A DNA stretch of 64,000 nt from IMG/VR virus record IMGVR_UViG_3300027659_000012. One strand, given 5' to 3'. The stretch is from an uncultured virus (IMG/VR IMGVR_UViG_3300027659_000012). Its lineage: Duplodnaviria > Heunggongvirae > Uroviricota > Caudoviricetes. Position numbers and translations under genes: made by a program. This document shows positions 9,088 to 17,936 of this stretch, one piece after another (position 1 is the stretch's first letter; each line of letters starts with the position of its first letter). Under the pieces are notes generated by a model. The model did not search any database. It was given only the letters and a program-made list of their open reading frames with translations, and was not told where the DNA came from.

Positions 9088-9719
9088 CTTCTTGTCTAAA
9101 TTGTTTTTGTAAATTAGTTAACCACGGTAGCATTTGAAGATTTTCTTTAATAGATAATTCTTCAGCAGTCATTCCTTTTTCCCATCCTTCTTTAATTGAT
9201 ATAATATGATCTAATTGATAAGCGCCGGACACACCGCACAATCCTCGTTTATAATCGTTTGGGTTGATTTCATCTTTGTGTTTATTATATGTATGACGTG
9301 TTAACGCATGAACTGCATTAGAAAATTTAGTATATTCTTTGAGATTTGGATTTCGTATTGGTTTAGGGCATGGTCCTCTAGTTTTTGACATTTTTGACCT
9401 AAATGATTCAGATATATACATACATTTTCTAGAACAACATCTATTTAATTCGTTTTCCAGCTGGAATGGATAATAATAGACATCAATTTCGCATACAGGA
9501 CATTTTCTAAATCCTCCTCTACGTTTACTACCAGAACCAATTTTTCTTGCTGTTACACATATTTTATGCTTTTGTCTCCATCTTCTAATAGTAGAGTTTC
9601 CGACATTGAGTAATATAGCTGCATCTTCAGTTCTAATAGAGGCATCTGATAAAATAGTAATATCTTCAAGTTTGGGGTTAAACATACAAGTATTTATCAA
9701 TACCATTTTTGTATGAAAG
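9055..9719 (-). mobile_element. AT-rich HNH endonuclease cassette inserted in the gp46 5' end, bounded by 15-bp direct repeats
   Basis: atttttgtatgaaag at 9055-9069 and 9705-9719; composition shift; duplicated gp46 N-terminus. Confidence 0.8.
9071..9685 (-). CDS. HNH homing endonuclease with HTH and Zn-finger
   Basis: VGNSTIRRWR, CPVC...CCSRKC, YQLDHIISI...NLQMLPWLTN; probable start MFNPK 5 nt after GATAAATA. Confidence 0.8.
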   Translation of the reverse strand: MFNPKLEDITILSDASIRTEDAAILLNVGNSTIRRWRQKHKICVTARKIGSGSKRRGGFRKCPVCEIDVYYYPFQLENELNRCCSRKCMYISESFRSKMSKTRGPCPKPIRNPNLKEYTKFSNAVHALTRHTYNKHKDEINPNDYKRGLCGVSGAYQLDHIISIKEGWEKGMTAEELSIKENLQMLPWLTNLQKQFRQEDGFIS

Positions 9720-9737
9720 GGAGGTAAAGGTAACCAT
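9678..9737 (-). pseudogene. Orphan 5' stub of gp46
   Basis: MVTFTSLSYKN then GIDKYLYV*, vs MVSFLKLSYKNFLS of gp46; ATG 1 nt after gp47 stop. Confidence 0.75.
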
Positions 9738-9738
9738 A

Positions 9739-10818
9739 TTATAGAGCATCCATTTGTTGCGCCTCGACATAGAGTTCGTGAAGTCGATTCTTAATTTTAT
9801 CTTTGTTCAATTCAGTTTCGATGGCCTCGACATAGCTATTCAAAAGTGTACCGGTATCTGCCATACAGATCGATTCATCTTCCACAGATTCGGCTGCGTA
9901 TTCAGAGAATGATTCGACGATCTTGATATCAAATGGTTCGGCCGCTTGCAGTTTATCTATGTACTTGTCGAAGGCATAAGGATCCTTCTTCGAGTTGACG
10001 ATCACCTTGATGAAGGTTCCTCTTGCCTTGCTAAGATCCAACTCATTGACGTATTCAATCGGAGAAGAGCTTTGTGAGTCATCATAGACCAGTCGTTGAA
10101 AGATGCACAATGGGTTACGAATCGCCAACAGTTCACGTGTATCGGTATCGAACACGTGGAAATACTTTGGATCGTTTGCATCGCTCCAGGTCAATTCGTA
10201 CTGAGTGCCGAGATAATGAATGTTGCGATCAGAATTCTTGGTATGATAATGACCCGAGAGAACCATCTCATAGCGAGAGAAGAGTTCTGGAGGCATGCCA
10301 TGGCTCTGAGCTGGAGCGCCTTTCATCATCTCAAATCCAGACAATTCCAGGTGAGAGGCAATGATCGAGGCATTTGCGGTCTCGATGAACCGCATGCTCT
10401 CGGCATAGTTATCGGTGGTGATCCAAGGCAACAGCGCGATGTTTACTCCATCGTACTCCTTCACTGTAGGCTTCATAAAGACATTGACCTCAGGAGAATA
10501 GTGAGAGAGGTATTCGTTCAATGAGCAGAGCGAATTGGTATTCTTCCAGTAGACGTCATGATTTCCTGGAATGATGTCCATCACCATACCATATTCCTTC
10601 AGCTTGTCCAAGAACATCTCACGATTACGCTGAAGCACCTTATAGTTCACATACTTGCGATGCTCAAAGTAATCACCGAGATGAATGATTTGCTTGATGT
10701 CATGCTGAACGCAATAAGGGAAAAAGATTTCCGAATAGAATCGTTCGCTATAATCCAGGAATATGTCACTGCCGCTTTTGACGCCGGCATGAGTATCGTT
10801 GATAAGGGCAATGCGCAT
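9739..10818 (-). CDS. gp47: Recombination endonuclease nuclease subunit (Mre11/SbcD-like)
   Basis: DTH, HLGD, PGNHD, SGHYH metallophosphoesterase motifs. Confidence 0.97.
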   Translation of the reverse strand: MRIALINDTHAGVKSGSDIFLDYSERFYSEIFFPYCVQHDIKQIIHLGDYFEHRKYVNYKVLQRNREMFLDKLKEYGMVMDIIPGNHDVYWKNTNSLCSLNEYLSHYSPEVNVFMKPTVKEYDGVNIALLPWITTDNYAESMRFIETANASIIASHLELSGFEMMKGAPAQSHGMPPELFSRYEMVLSGHYHTKNSDRNIHYLGTQYELTWSDANDPKYFHVFDTDTRELLAIRNPLCIFQRLVYDDSQSSSPIEYVNELDLSKARGTFIKVIVNSKKDPYAFDKYIDKLQAAEPFDIKIVESFSEYAAESVEDESICMADTGTLLNSYVEAIETELNKDKIKNRLHELYVEAQQMDAL

Positions 10819-10823
10819 ATGAA

Positions 10824-11486
10824 TTAGTCAATAAAGAAGGATTCGATGATTGTGAGTTGTTTCTTTGTGACGAGGAGTTCTTCGCCGTTTTCATCTAGAA
10901 TGGCTCGCTTCTGGACCGCAGATTTTCTTGGCTTGCCGAATTGATTCTTGTGCGCCTCTTTGTCCTCGACTCCTGCGGCCTTGTCGCCCTTAAAGAAGGT
11001 GTCGTTCTTAGTACGAATACGCTCAATCATTCCTTCACCGGTATGGTCGCTATCGCTGCCAAAATCGGCAAAGGCATTAGAGCCAGAATGTTCGGCATAG
11101 AGGACCTTGATATCGGCCTGCTTCTTCTCCTTGGCAATGCGTCGGAGGAAAGCAAAGTAAGAAATCTGAGTGAAGTAGGCAAAGGCATTTGGCAATCCGG
11201 TGCGAGTGGCTTTGTTCACGTCATAGTTAGTGATTGCCTTGACACAGTTTTCAACTGCATCCATCACCATCTCATCCCTGTAGGTGTAGTTGATGAAATT
11301 GTATTTGTGGGATAGTCCTTCGCAAATCTTAAGAAAGCACATACCAACGTAATTGGGAATGATTCCTGCCTCCTTGCCTGCCTCCTTCGCCTCATTGACC
11401 GATCGCACGTAGTCGACCACTGCCTGAGAGAATTCCTTGTTGTTGACGTAATGGACTGATGCCCGTTTTTCCTTTAGCGTTGCCAT
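10824..11486 (-). CDS. gp55: Late-transcription sigma factor
   Basis: HYVNNKEF, NFINYTYRDEM, NAFAYFTQISYFAFLRRIAKEKKQ. Confidence 0.96.
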   Translation of the reverse strand: MATLKEKRASVHYVNNKEFSQAVVDYVRSVNEAKEAGKEAGIIPNYVGMCFLKICEGLSHKYNFINYTYRDEMVMDAVENCVKAITNYDVNKATRTGLPNAFAYFTQISYFAFLRRIAKEKKQADIKVLYAEHSGSNAFADFGSDSDHTGEGMIERIRTKNDTFFKGDKAAGVEDKEAHKNQFGKPRKSAVQKRAILDENGEELLVTKKQLTIIESFFID

Positions 11487-11492
11487 GCCGTT

Positions 11493-11521
11493 ATTCTACC
11501 ATATCCGGGAGGTTTGTACAC
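11493..11521 (-). promoter_or_regulatory. Early promoter of gp55
   Basis: GTGTAC-N17-TAGAAT-aacggc-ATG. Confidence 0.7.
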
Positions 11522-11570
11522 CTAAAAGTGATAAGAGGCCAAAAATAGTTTCACTGTCGTGAATTATATG

Positions 11571-11599
11571 GTGTACATACCAGGAATTTATGGTATAAT
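11571..11599 (+). promoter_or_regulatory. Early-type promoter facing no ORF (antisense to uvsW operon)
   Basis: GTGTAC-N17-TATAAT with TGG extended -10. Confidence 0.6.
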
Positions 11600-11619
11600 A
11601 CTACTAGATCAAGCTGCTG

Positions 11620-12060
11620 TTAATTGTTCCAATTTCGATTTGGATATTGATTCTTCAAGTTAGACCAATCAAACCCTTTATCCTCTTTAAGGATATCATC
11701 GTCCTCTGGCACCACTAAGGTTGAATCCAAGGCATCTGCTAGGTCGGCAAACTTATTTACTAGCAAGGCATCACAGTATTGCTTCTTCAAGGCAATCGCG
11801 GCTTTGGATTCTAGCATGATTGACGTTCGATAAACGATCACTGATTCACCGATGCCATACGGTGTAAAAGGAATCATAATAGTATGTATATCGCCGATCA
11901 TGACGTTGGTGATGACTCTCTTTAGCTCCATCACGTTGCTCAACTCGATGGCATTCTCATGAGCATCAAGTAACTTACCAATGATCTGGGCACCGGTACT
12001 CAAGGCATAGACACGAATATTCATTCGCTCTAGATCTTCATAGAATTCCTTACTCAACAT
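11620..12060 (-). CDS. Hypothetical protein, possible Sm-like fold
   Basis: LSTGAQIIG motif; position between uvsW and gp55 as in other T4-like phages. Confidence 0.55.
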   Translation of the reverse strand: MLSKEFYEDLERMNIRVYALSTGAQIIGKLLDAHENAIELSNVMELKRVITNVMIGDIHTIMIPFTPYGIGESVIVYRTSIMLESKAAIALKKQYCDALLVNKFADLADALDSTLVVPEDDDILKEDKGFDWSNLKNQYPNRNWNN

Positions 12061-13559
12061 AGCAGGTCGATCTCATATAGTTTGTAGTCAAAGGATTCCT
12101 TAGCATAGATCTTAACTCTATCTATCGCGTGCTGCATCGTGTAGTTCTTGGCTTTTTTCCAGGAGAAGTTATCGGAGATGTCAAAGACGGTGGTTCCCCT
12201 GCCATCATCAGACTTTCGTAGTCCTCGACCAATGCTCTGTAATACCCTGATCTGGCTTTTCGTTGGCGCAGCGAATATAATCTGATGTAGATTCTTGACA
12301 TTGATTCCTGTACTAAACGTACCAACACTGGCCACAATGATTGCATCTTTTTCTTTTTCTGTAATTTCTCGGATTCTTTCTCGCTCGTTGACATCGGTAG
12401 AGCCAGAGACAAAAAAGACCTTACGATCACCTTTGACTTTTGCCTTGATCATATCATAGAGAGGCTTTCCATGTTTCTGCACTAGGTTATATAGCACTAA
12501 CGAATTGCCTTGCTGATCCACCGCCAGGTTTGTAATGAATCGATTGCGGGCATCACAAGAGACGATGAAATCAATCTCATCCTTATAGTCCATCTTACTG
12601 ACGATCTTTCGAATCTCATCTGAATACTTTAAGACAAGACATTGAACCTTCAACGCTGCCAAGGTATTTGAATCCATTAGCGCCTTGGTCGTCGTGACCC
12701 TCTTTACAGGTCCAAAGTTTCCGGTAAGCACAAGCTCATGGACTTGAGTATTGTCTAAGGTGCCAGTGGTGCCTACTCTAAAGCGAGCATTGACCAGCGC
12801 AGCCATGATTGTATTCAACGATTTAGCCTTGAAAAGGTGTGCCTCATCTCCGATCACCATACCGAATTGAAGGAACCATGATTTAGGCAGCGTGATGGCA
12901 CTTTGCCATGTGGTGACTACGACGCGTGAGGAGAAGTGAATCTTTTCTTTTCCGGAATAGATCTTGTGCACATCGATGTCTGCCTCGAACTCTGCATCTC
13001 GCTGTGAATAGTCCGCGAAATCCTTAGTCATCTGCTCAACTAGACTTGTAGTCGGGACAATGATGATTGCCTTTTGATTTTCATCCGATGCATGATCCAG
13101 GAACCAGCGAATCATAAGATAGATGATCAACGATTTTCCAGAACCAGTAGGAGATATGAGGAGCGCTCTGCTTTCCCTCATCGCATGGGTGAAGGCATCG
13201 ATCTGATAGTCTCGAGGCTTAATCTGGTTGTTGCCACCAGTAATAGTCAAAGCGTCAATGAACGACGTCAATCGATCCATCGAAGGCACATCAGATGAAA
13301 GCAAAGAATCGTCTAGCTTGATTTCATAGCCACGCTGTTTGGCAAACTCGGCCAGATGAAACAATAGTCCATAAGGCAACGTATTCGATCTCTGATCAAA
13401 AAGTCTTATTTTTCCATCCCATAATTTATTTTTAAATGCCGGAATAAATTTGTAGCCCTCGGCAAAGAAAGTAAAGAACTCGCCGATCTCCATCAAGAGA
13501 CCCGAATCCTTCGACTCGACCACAACGATCGATTCATTTTTCTTTCTTACCGTGATCAT
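12054..13559 (-). CDS. uvsW: SF2 DNA/RNA helicase
   Basis: PRDYQ, SPTGSGKS, GDEAH, QSIGRGLR. Confidence 0.96.
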   Translation of the reverse strand: MITVRKKNESIVVVESKDSGLLMEIGEFFTFFAEGYKFIPAFKNKLWDGKIRLFDQRSNTLPYGLLFHLAEFAKQRGYEIKLDDSLLSSDVPSMDRLTSFIDALTITGGNNQIKPRDYQIDAFTHAMRESRALLISPTGSGKSLIIYLMIRWFLDHASDENQKAIIIVPTTSLVEQMTKDFADYSQRDAEFEADIDVHKIYSGKEKIHFSSRVVVTTWQSAITLPKSWFLQFGMVIGDEAHLFKAKSLNTIMAALVNARFRVGTTGTLDNTQVHELVLTGNFGPVKRVTTTKALMDSNTLAALKVQCLVLKYSDEIRKIVSKMDYKDEIDFIVSCDARNRFITNLAVDQQGNSLVLYNLVQKHGKPLYDMIKAKVKGDRKVFFVSGSTDVNERERIREITEKEKDAIIVASVGTFSTGINVKNLHQIIFAAPTKSQIRVLQSIGRGLRKSDDGRGTTVFDISDNFSWKKAKNYTMQHAIDRVKIYAKESFDYKLYEIDLLC

Positions 13560-13562
13560 ATG

Positions 13563-14009
13563 TTAAAATCCAGAGGTGAACTTCTTGAAGTCAATGATAT
13601 TCTTGATATTCGAATGCCTCCACTTGATGTTGTCCATAATATCCTGAAGGGTCTCGACGATCACCTTCTGATAGTCGATCTGTGCCACGAGTTTGCTTAT
13701 GTCGCTGTCAGTGGAGTAGAACATATCCATGTCACCCTTCATTGGTTTTGCCATTCCATCAAACGGATCATACTTCCATTGACGCTCATCCATATCGGCT
13801 TTGGTCATCTTGCCATTATAGTAGAGCCACTTGTCTTTCTTGAGCGCGATGAGCTGAGATTCCCTTCTCTTCAGCTGAAGCTTACTGATGCTAAAAACTT
13901 CAAGGTATTTTGCATGAAGTTTGGCGCTCTTCATAGAGGTTTCATCGAGGTTAATATCGTCGATGATCGAGTCTTCTTTCCAATCCTTTAGGATATCATC
14001 AAGTGTCAT
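13563..14009 (-). CDS. uvsY: Recombination mediator
   Basis: WKEDSIID, LHAKYL, IKNIIDFKKFTSG. Confidence 0.9.
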   Translation of the reverse strand: MTLDDILKDWKEDSIIDDINLDETSMKSAKLHAKYLEVFSISKLQLKRRESQLIALKKDKWLYYNGKMTKADMDERQWKYDPFDGMAKPMKGDMDMFYSTDSDISKLVAQIDYQKVIVETLQDIMDNIKWRHSNIKNIIDFKKFTSGF

Positions 14010-14028
14010 ACTATGATTTATACACTCT

Positions 14029-14502
14029 TCAGGAAATAAAACTCATGGTGTCAAATCTGAATGTCACGTCTGCCTGAAGATATTCAATGTCGCCGTTTTG
14101 TGTGTTGAACTCCACTCCGTTCAAAGAGACAGGAAACGCGCTGGTAAACTTCACTTGTTTGTTGACTTTACTTTTGCTCGACATGATATTAAGAATCATA
14201 TCGCAAAACTCTAATTTACCGGCAGATACCGAATTTATATTCAACCAATCGAAGATCTCATTATAGTTGTTCATGTCTTCATCTATCAACATCCGCACGT
14301 TTAGCGTATCGTACATGATTTTATCGCCAGGCATATATCCTTGTCTGTTACGAAACGAAGTAGTGACCTCGGCGTTATTGACGGTAGGAAGAATGACCGA
14401 TGTGATAAAGTATTCGACGTTACCATATTTGGTCGAATCCATCGTCAATTTAAACCCGATCGGAGTTAAGAAATTACGATTGCTTGTCAGTGAACTGCTC
14501 AT
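14029..14502 (-). CDS. gp3: Tail completion / tube terminator
   Basis: NFLTPIGF, PGDKIMY, IDEDMNNY, AFPVSL; synteny. Confidence 0.85.
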   Translation of the reverse strand: MSSSLTSNRNFLTPIGFKLTMDSTKYGNVEYFITSVILPTVNNAEVTTSFRNRQGYMPGDKIMYDTLNVRMLIDEDMNNYNEIFDWLNINSVSAGKLEFCDMILNIMSSKSKVNKQVKFTSAFPVSLNGVEFNTQNGDIEYLQADVTFRFDTMSFIS

Positions 14503-14522
14503 GAATCTATTTATTCAAAGAC

Positions 14523-14553
14523 AAAAAAAGGGGATCCTTCTTTCGAAGGATCC
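14523..14553 (-). terminator. Terminator after major capsid gene
   Basis: gggatccttc/gaaggatccc stem plus T7 on - strand. Confidence 0.85.
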
Positions 14554-14596
14554 CCCAAACTGAGAACTAAAATTAAATTTTAGTCTCGAGGTTTAA

Positions 14597-15970
14597 TTAC
14601 GCACCATACGGCGAAGGAGAAACACCGCCGAGGCCAGTGATTTCAATCTTACGGAAGTATTGGTTGCTGTTACGGTGACCAAGCACTGAGGTAGAAGTAC
14701 CTTCAACATTGGAGGAAGTAACTGCACCACCAGCAAACGGGTTAGCAACGAGACCATAACGAGTCTTGAAGCCGATCTTCGGCTGGAAGCTGTTAGGATC
14801 GACGGCGCGAACCATCGTCAATGGAACGTATGGGCAATAGAACAGACCCGCGTCGTAGTTGTTCGTGCCGCGGAAACCGACAGTAGCATAATCGGTAGTT
14901 GCATAAGGGTCAACGAAGACCTTCATGCGACCATTGAGAATACCTGCGAAGGTATTGCCAGTGTCGTCGACGTTGAGGTTGGTGCTGAGAGCAGGAGCAT
15001 AAGCAAGGACACCAGCGGCGGCCAGAGCGGAAGCAACGTTGCTTGAGCAAACAACGAAGTTACCCTTGCCACGACGTGTGTCTTTAGCGATACGGTTAGC
15101 TTCGACTTCCAATTGGAAGAGCAAGCCTTTGACCTTTTCGAGGAACCAACGACCGTCGGCTTCTGTGTCGAGGTCGAATGTACCGGAACCTTGGATCACT
15201 GCGTCGGTTGAAGCAGATGGGAAGTTGACTTCGTTGTAGGCTGCATCGAGAACGCCACCAAACTTAGCCTTCGAATTCACTGTGTTGATGATTTCGCGGT
15301 TAATTTCAGCAAGGATTTCGGTTGACAGGATGTTAGCCAATTCGCCTTCGGCATCAAGACCGTGAACGGCCTTAAGGTCTTGTGCGAGTTCCATTGTGTA
15401 CTCGGCTTTCAGGGCGCGAGTAACAGCAGTAACGGTTTGCTTCTCGATGGTGAAGCCCATGTTGCCGAAGCCTCCGCCGTCGCCGGTAGCGCCTGTGCCG
15501 GAAGCATTGCTAGTGAGTGCTTCACCGTCTGAGGTAGCAAGACCACCACGACGAAGACCACCTTCACCAGTTTCACCAGCAACTGAGCCGGAGAATGCGG
15601 TGTCGATCGTGTTCATGAAGGCTTCCTTCGTGACGCCGGAACCACCATAGTTTTGATAGTTGCTCTTCATTGCGAAGATAAGGCCTGTAGGCATGTTCAT
15701 CGGTTGGACCGAGGCGATGTCATAAGCGATCAGGTTAGGCATTGCACGACGAACCAGAGCAATAAGGACAGGATCCCAGTTGCTGACGGCCGAGGTACCA
15801 GTGGCTTCACCGAGGAAACCGGCTTGTGAACGCTCTTCTTGAAGGGCACGCTCTTGGTTTTCGAGCATCACCGAAGTGATGGCGCGACGATAGTTGTCTT
15901 TGAAAGCAGGAGCGTCCTTGGCTTCAAGGATCGGGGCCCACTTCTTTTCGAGTTGTTCTGAATTAAACAT
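14597..15970 (-). CDS. gp23: Major capsid protein
   Basis: VQPMNMPTGLIFAM, ELAQDLKAVHGLDAE, FQPKIGFKTRYG. Confidence 0.98.
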   Translation of the reverse strand: MFNSEQLEKKWAPILEAKDAPAFKDNYRRAITSVMLENQERALQEERSQAGFLGEATGTSAVSNWDPVLIALVRRAMPNLIAYDIASVQPMNMPTGLIFAMKSNYQNYGGSGVTKEAFMNTIDTAFSGSVAGETGEGGLRRGGLATSDGEALTSNASGTGATGDGGGFGNMGFTIEKQTVTAVTRALKAEYTMELAQDLKAVHGLDAEGELANILSTEILAEINREIINTVNSKAKFGGVLDAAYNEVNFPSASTDAVIQGSGTFDLDTEADGRWFLEKVKGLLFQLEVEANRIAKDTRRGKGNFVVCSSNVASALAAAGVLAYAPALSTNLNVDDTGNTFAGILNGRMKVFVDPYATTDYATVGFRGTNNYDAGLFYCPYVPLTMVRAVDPNSFQPKIGFKTRYGLVANPFAGGAVTSSNVEGTSTSVLGHRNSNQYFRKIEITGLGGVSPSPYGA

Positions 15971-16021
15971 AATAGTTATTTCTAGTTGTTGGTTATTGGT
16001 TTGGGGTGTGTCTCTCTCAAA

Positions 16022-17263
16022 TTAACCTTTAGCTGTTGCTAAACGAGACACGGCGGTTAAATACTTAGCCATCGACGGAGAGATCTCATTTGAGAAATCT
16101 TCACCTTCGACGATCGTTTCGATTGTTTCATAAACGGAATCACTTGATTCCTCGAGTGCTTTAACGTTGTCTTTGTTGGAGAAATAAGCTTCCTTGATTG
16201 TTTCCACCTTATTGCGGAAAGTATCTTCGGAGACGAATTCAACATCTTGAACAAGGTTAGCAAGTTTTGCGGCTTGTGTATCAGCCAAGGTCAGTGCGGC
16301 TTCGGCAAGAACCTTTTCACGAACGAGCACTTCGACTCTTTCGCTCAAGACCGTTGCATCGGCTTGTGCCAGGGCTGCTGATTCCTTGAGACCTGCAAGC
16401 TCGACTTCCAATTCGGAGACGAGATCTTTTTTGCTCTCAGGAACTTCAATATAGTTTTCAACGAACACAGTCTTCAGAGCACCGATAAAGTTCTCTGCGA
16501 TTTCTGCGCGAAGACCGCTTTCGATAGCGACCTTGTTGTCTTCTACCCATGATTCAACCACGTATGTCAAGTAATTGTCAACCTTTTCAGCGAGGTCCTC
16601 ACGCACTTGTGCGGTCTGCTCGGAGAGTTGGGTTTCGAATTGCTCGGCAAGTTTTTCTTTTTCTTCACGAATTTTGGAAGTAACAGCAGCCTCAAAAATG
16701 ATGGCAGCCTTTTCTTTGAAGGACTCGGTAAGATTAGCTTCAGATTCAGTCAGAGCTGCAAGATCAGCTTCGTAAGATTCATTCTTAGTTGGCTCTTTGA
16801 AATCTTTCAAAGCTTTTTCAATTTCTGCTTTACGCGCATCCTTATATTTTTGATGAGCAGCGTCTGAAGCATCATTTAATTTAGACAATTCTTGTCTAAC
16901 TTTATCATAATTATCCGTGCCTTTTGCAGCAGGAAGCTTCTTATACGCAACTTCATTTGCTTGTGAATGAATTTTATCATACGCATCATACAATTTACGA
17001 ACCGCATCGCTCATAGGAACGTTGCGAGCCGCTTTTTGATATGCTGGAGTAGATTTCGGTCCTTCAACAGCTCCAAATTCGATCAGAGCAGCTTCTTCCA
17101 AAGTTTCTTCTTCAGTTGCTTCTTCTTCCAGAGTGACTTCTTCAGTTTCCACAACTTGTTCTTCGGAAACGATAGTCGATTCCTGTTCAAGCTCTAGTCC
17201 TGCAGCAAGTTGCTCTACGGTGACATCTTCGATGATGTCTTCTAATTGTGTATTTTCTTCCAT
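16022..17263 (-). CDS. gp22: Prohead core scaffold protein with basic insert
   Basis: FKEKAAIIFEAAV, KVDNYLTYVVESW; position upstream of gp23. Confidence 0.92.
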   Translation of the reverse strand: MEENTQLEDIIEDVTVEQLAAGLELEQESTIVSEEQVVETEEVTLEEEATEEETLEEAALIEFGAVEGPKSTPAYQKAARNVPMSDAVRKLYDAYDKIHSQANEVAYKKLPAAKGTDNYDKVRQELSKLNDASDAAHQKYKDARKAEIEKALKDFKEPTKNESYEADLAALTESEANLTESFKEKAAIIFEAAVTSKIREEKEKLAEQFETQLSEQTAQVREDLAEKVDNYLTYVVESWVEDNKVAIESGLRAEIAENFIGALKTVFVENYIEVPESKKDLVSELEVELAGLKESAALAQADATVLSERVEVLVREKVLAEAALTLADTQAAKLANLVQDVEFVSEDTFRNKVETIKEAYFSNKDNVKALEESSDSVYETIETIVEGEDFSNEISPSMAKYLTAVSRLATAKG

Positions 17264-17285
17264 AGTAGTTTAACTTTCTTTTGTT

Positions 17286-17936
17286 TTAGAGGTTGGAGAG
17301 GAAATCGTTAAAGATTCTCAATTGAGCCTCAGCGAGGTTCGAAGAAGTTGCTTTTCTGATTTCAGTCTCATAATTTTCAATCTGTTGAGGTTTGAAAATG
17401 CCATTCTCATGAATCCAAGAAACACCTTCCATGATGCCATTGACGAATGCCGATGGAGCAGAAGGATCCTGGACGATGTCAACCGTTGCCAGTATGAAAT
17501 CGTTTTTTACACTCGAAGAGCCGTTTCTGTTTTCAACGGTTCCCATACCACGACTTGAGACGCCTAGGCGAACACCGCCTTCAATAAGACCTTTCACGAT
17601 TTTTCCCATCGGGGTGTTCAGTATAAGCGCCTTTCCAACAACGTCATCACCGACCCATTTGAGTTCGGTGATGCGATGCGAAACTTTATCTAAATTGATT
17701 GTAGGACCATCAGGGTGATTCAATTCACCGACAGCACGTCCTGACATGACCTGCTCAGTCACGTACTTATTGACTGCATTACGTAAGACATCACGCGGAT
17801 AGACCCGGCGATTCTTATTAAGCTTCTCGGCTTGCATGAAGACGCCTTCGATGAAGACATTCTTTTCAGTGCCAGTTTGATTATTTTCGACGACGTAATT
17901 GAGATTAGCGTCGTTATGTTCTGTGATTAATTTCAT
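17286..17936 (-). CDS. gp21: Prohead protease
   Basis: GELNHP, GVSSRGMG, DIVQDPSAP. Confidence 0.96.
   Translation of the reverse strand: MKLITEHNDANLNYVVENNQTGTEKNVFIEGVFMQAEKLNKNRRVYPRDVLRNAVNKYVTEQVMSGRAVGELNHPDGPTINLDKVSHRITELKWVGDDVVGKALILNTPMGKIVKGLIEGGVRLGVSSRGMGTVENRNGSSSVKNDFILATVDIVQDPSAPSAFVNGIMEGVSWIHENGIFKPQQIENYETEIRKATSSNLAEAQLRIFNDFLSNL

Noticed and set aside
9055..9737. Group I intron in gp46 (and likewise gp4)
   Set aside because: Inserts are almost entirely ORF, leaving no room for a ribozyme core, and each supplies a new start codon
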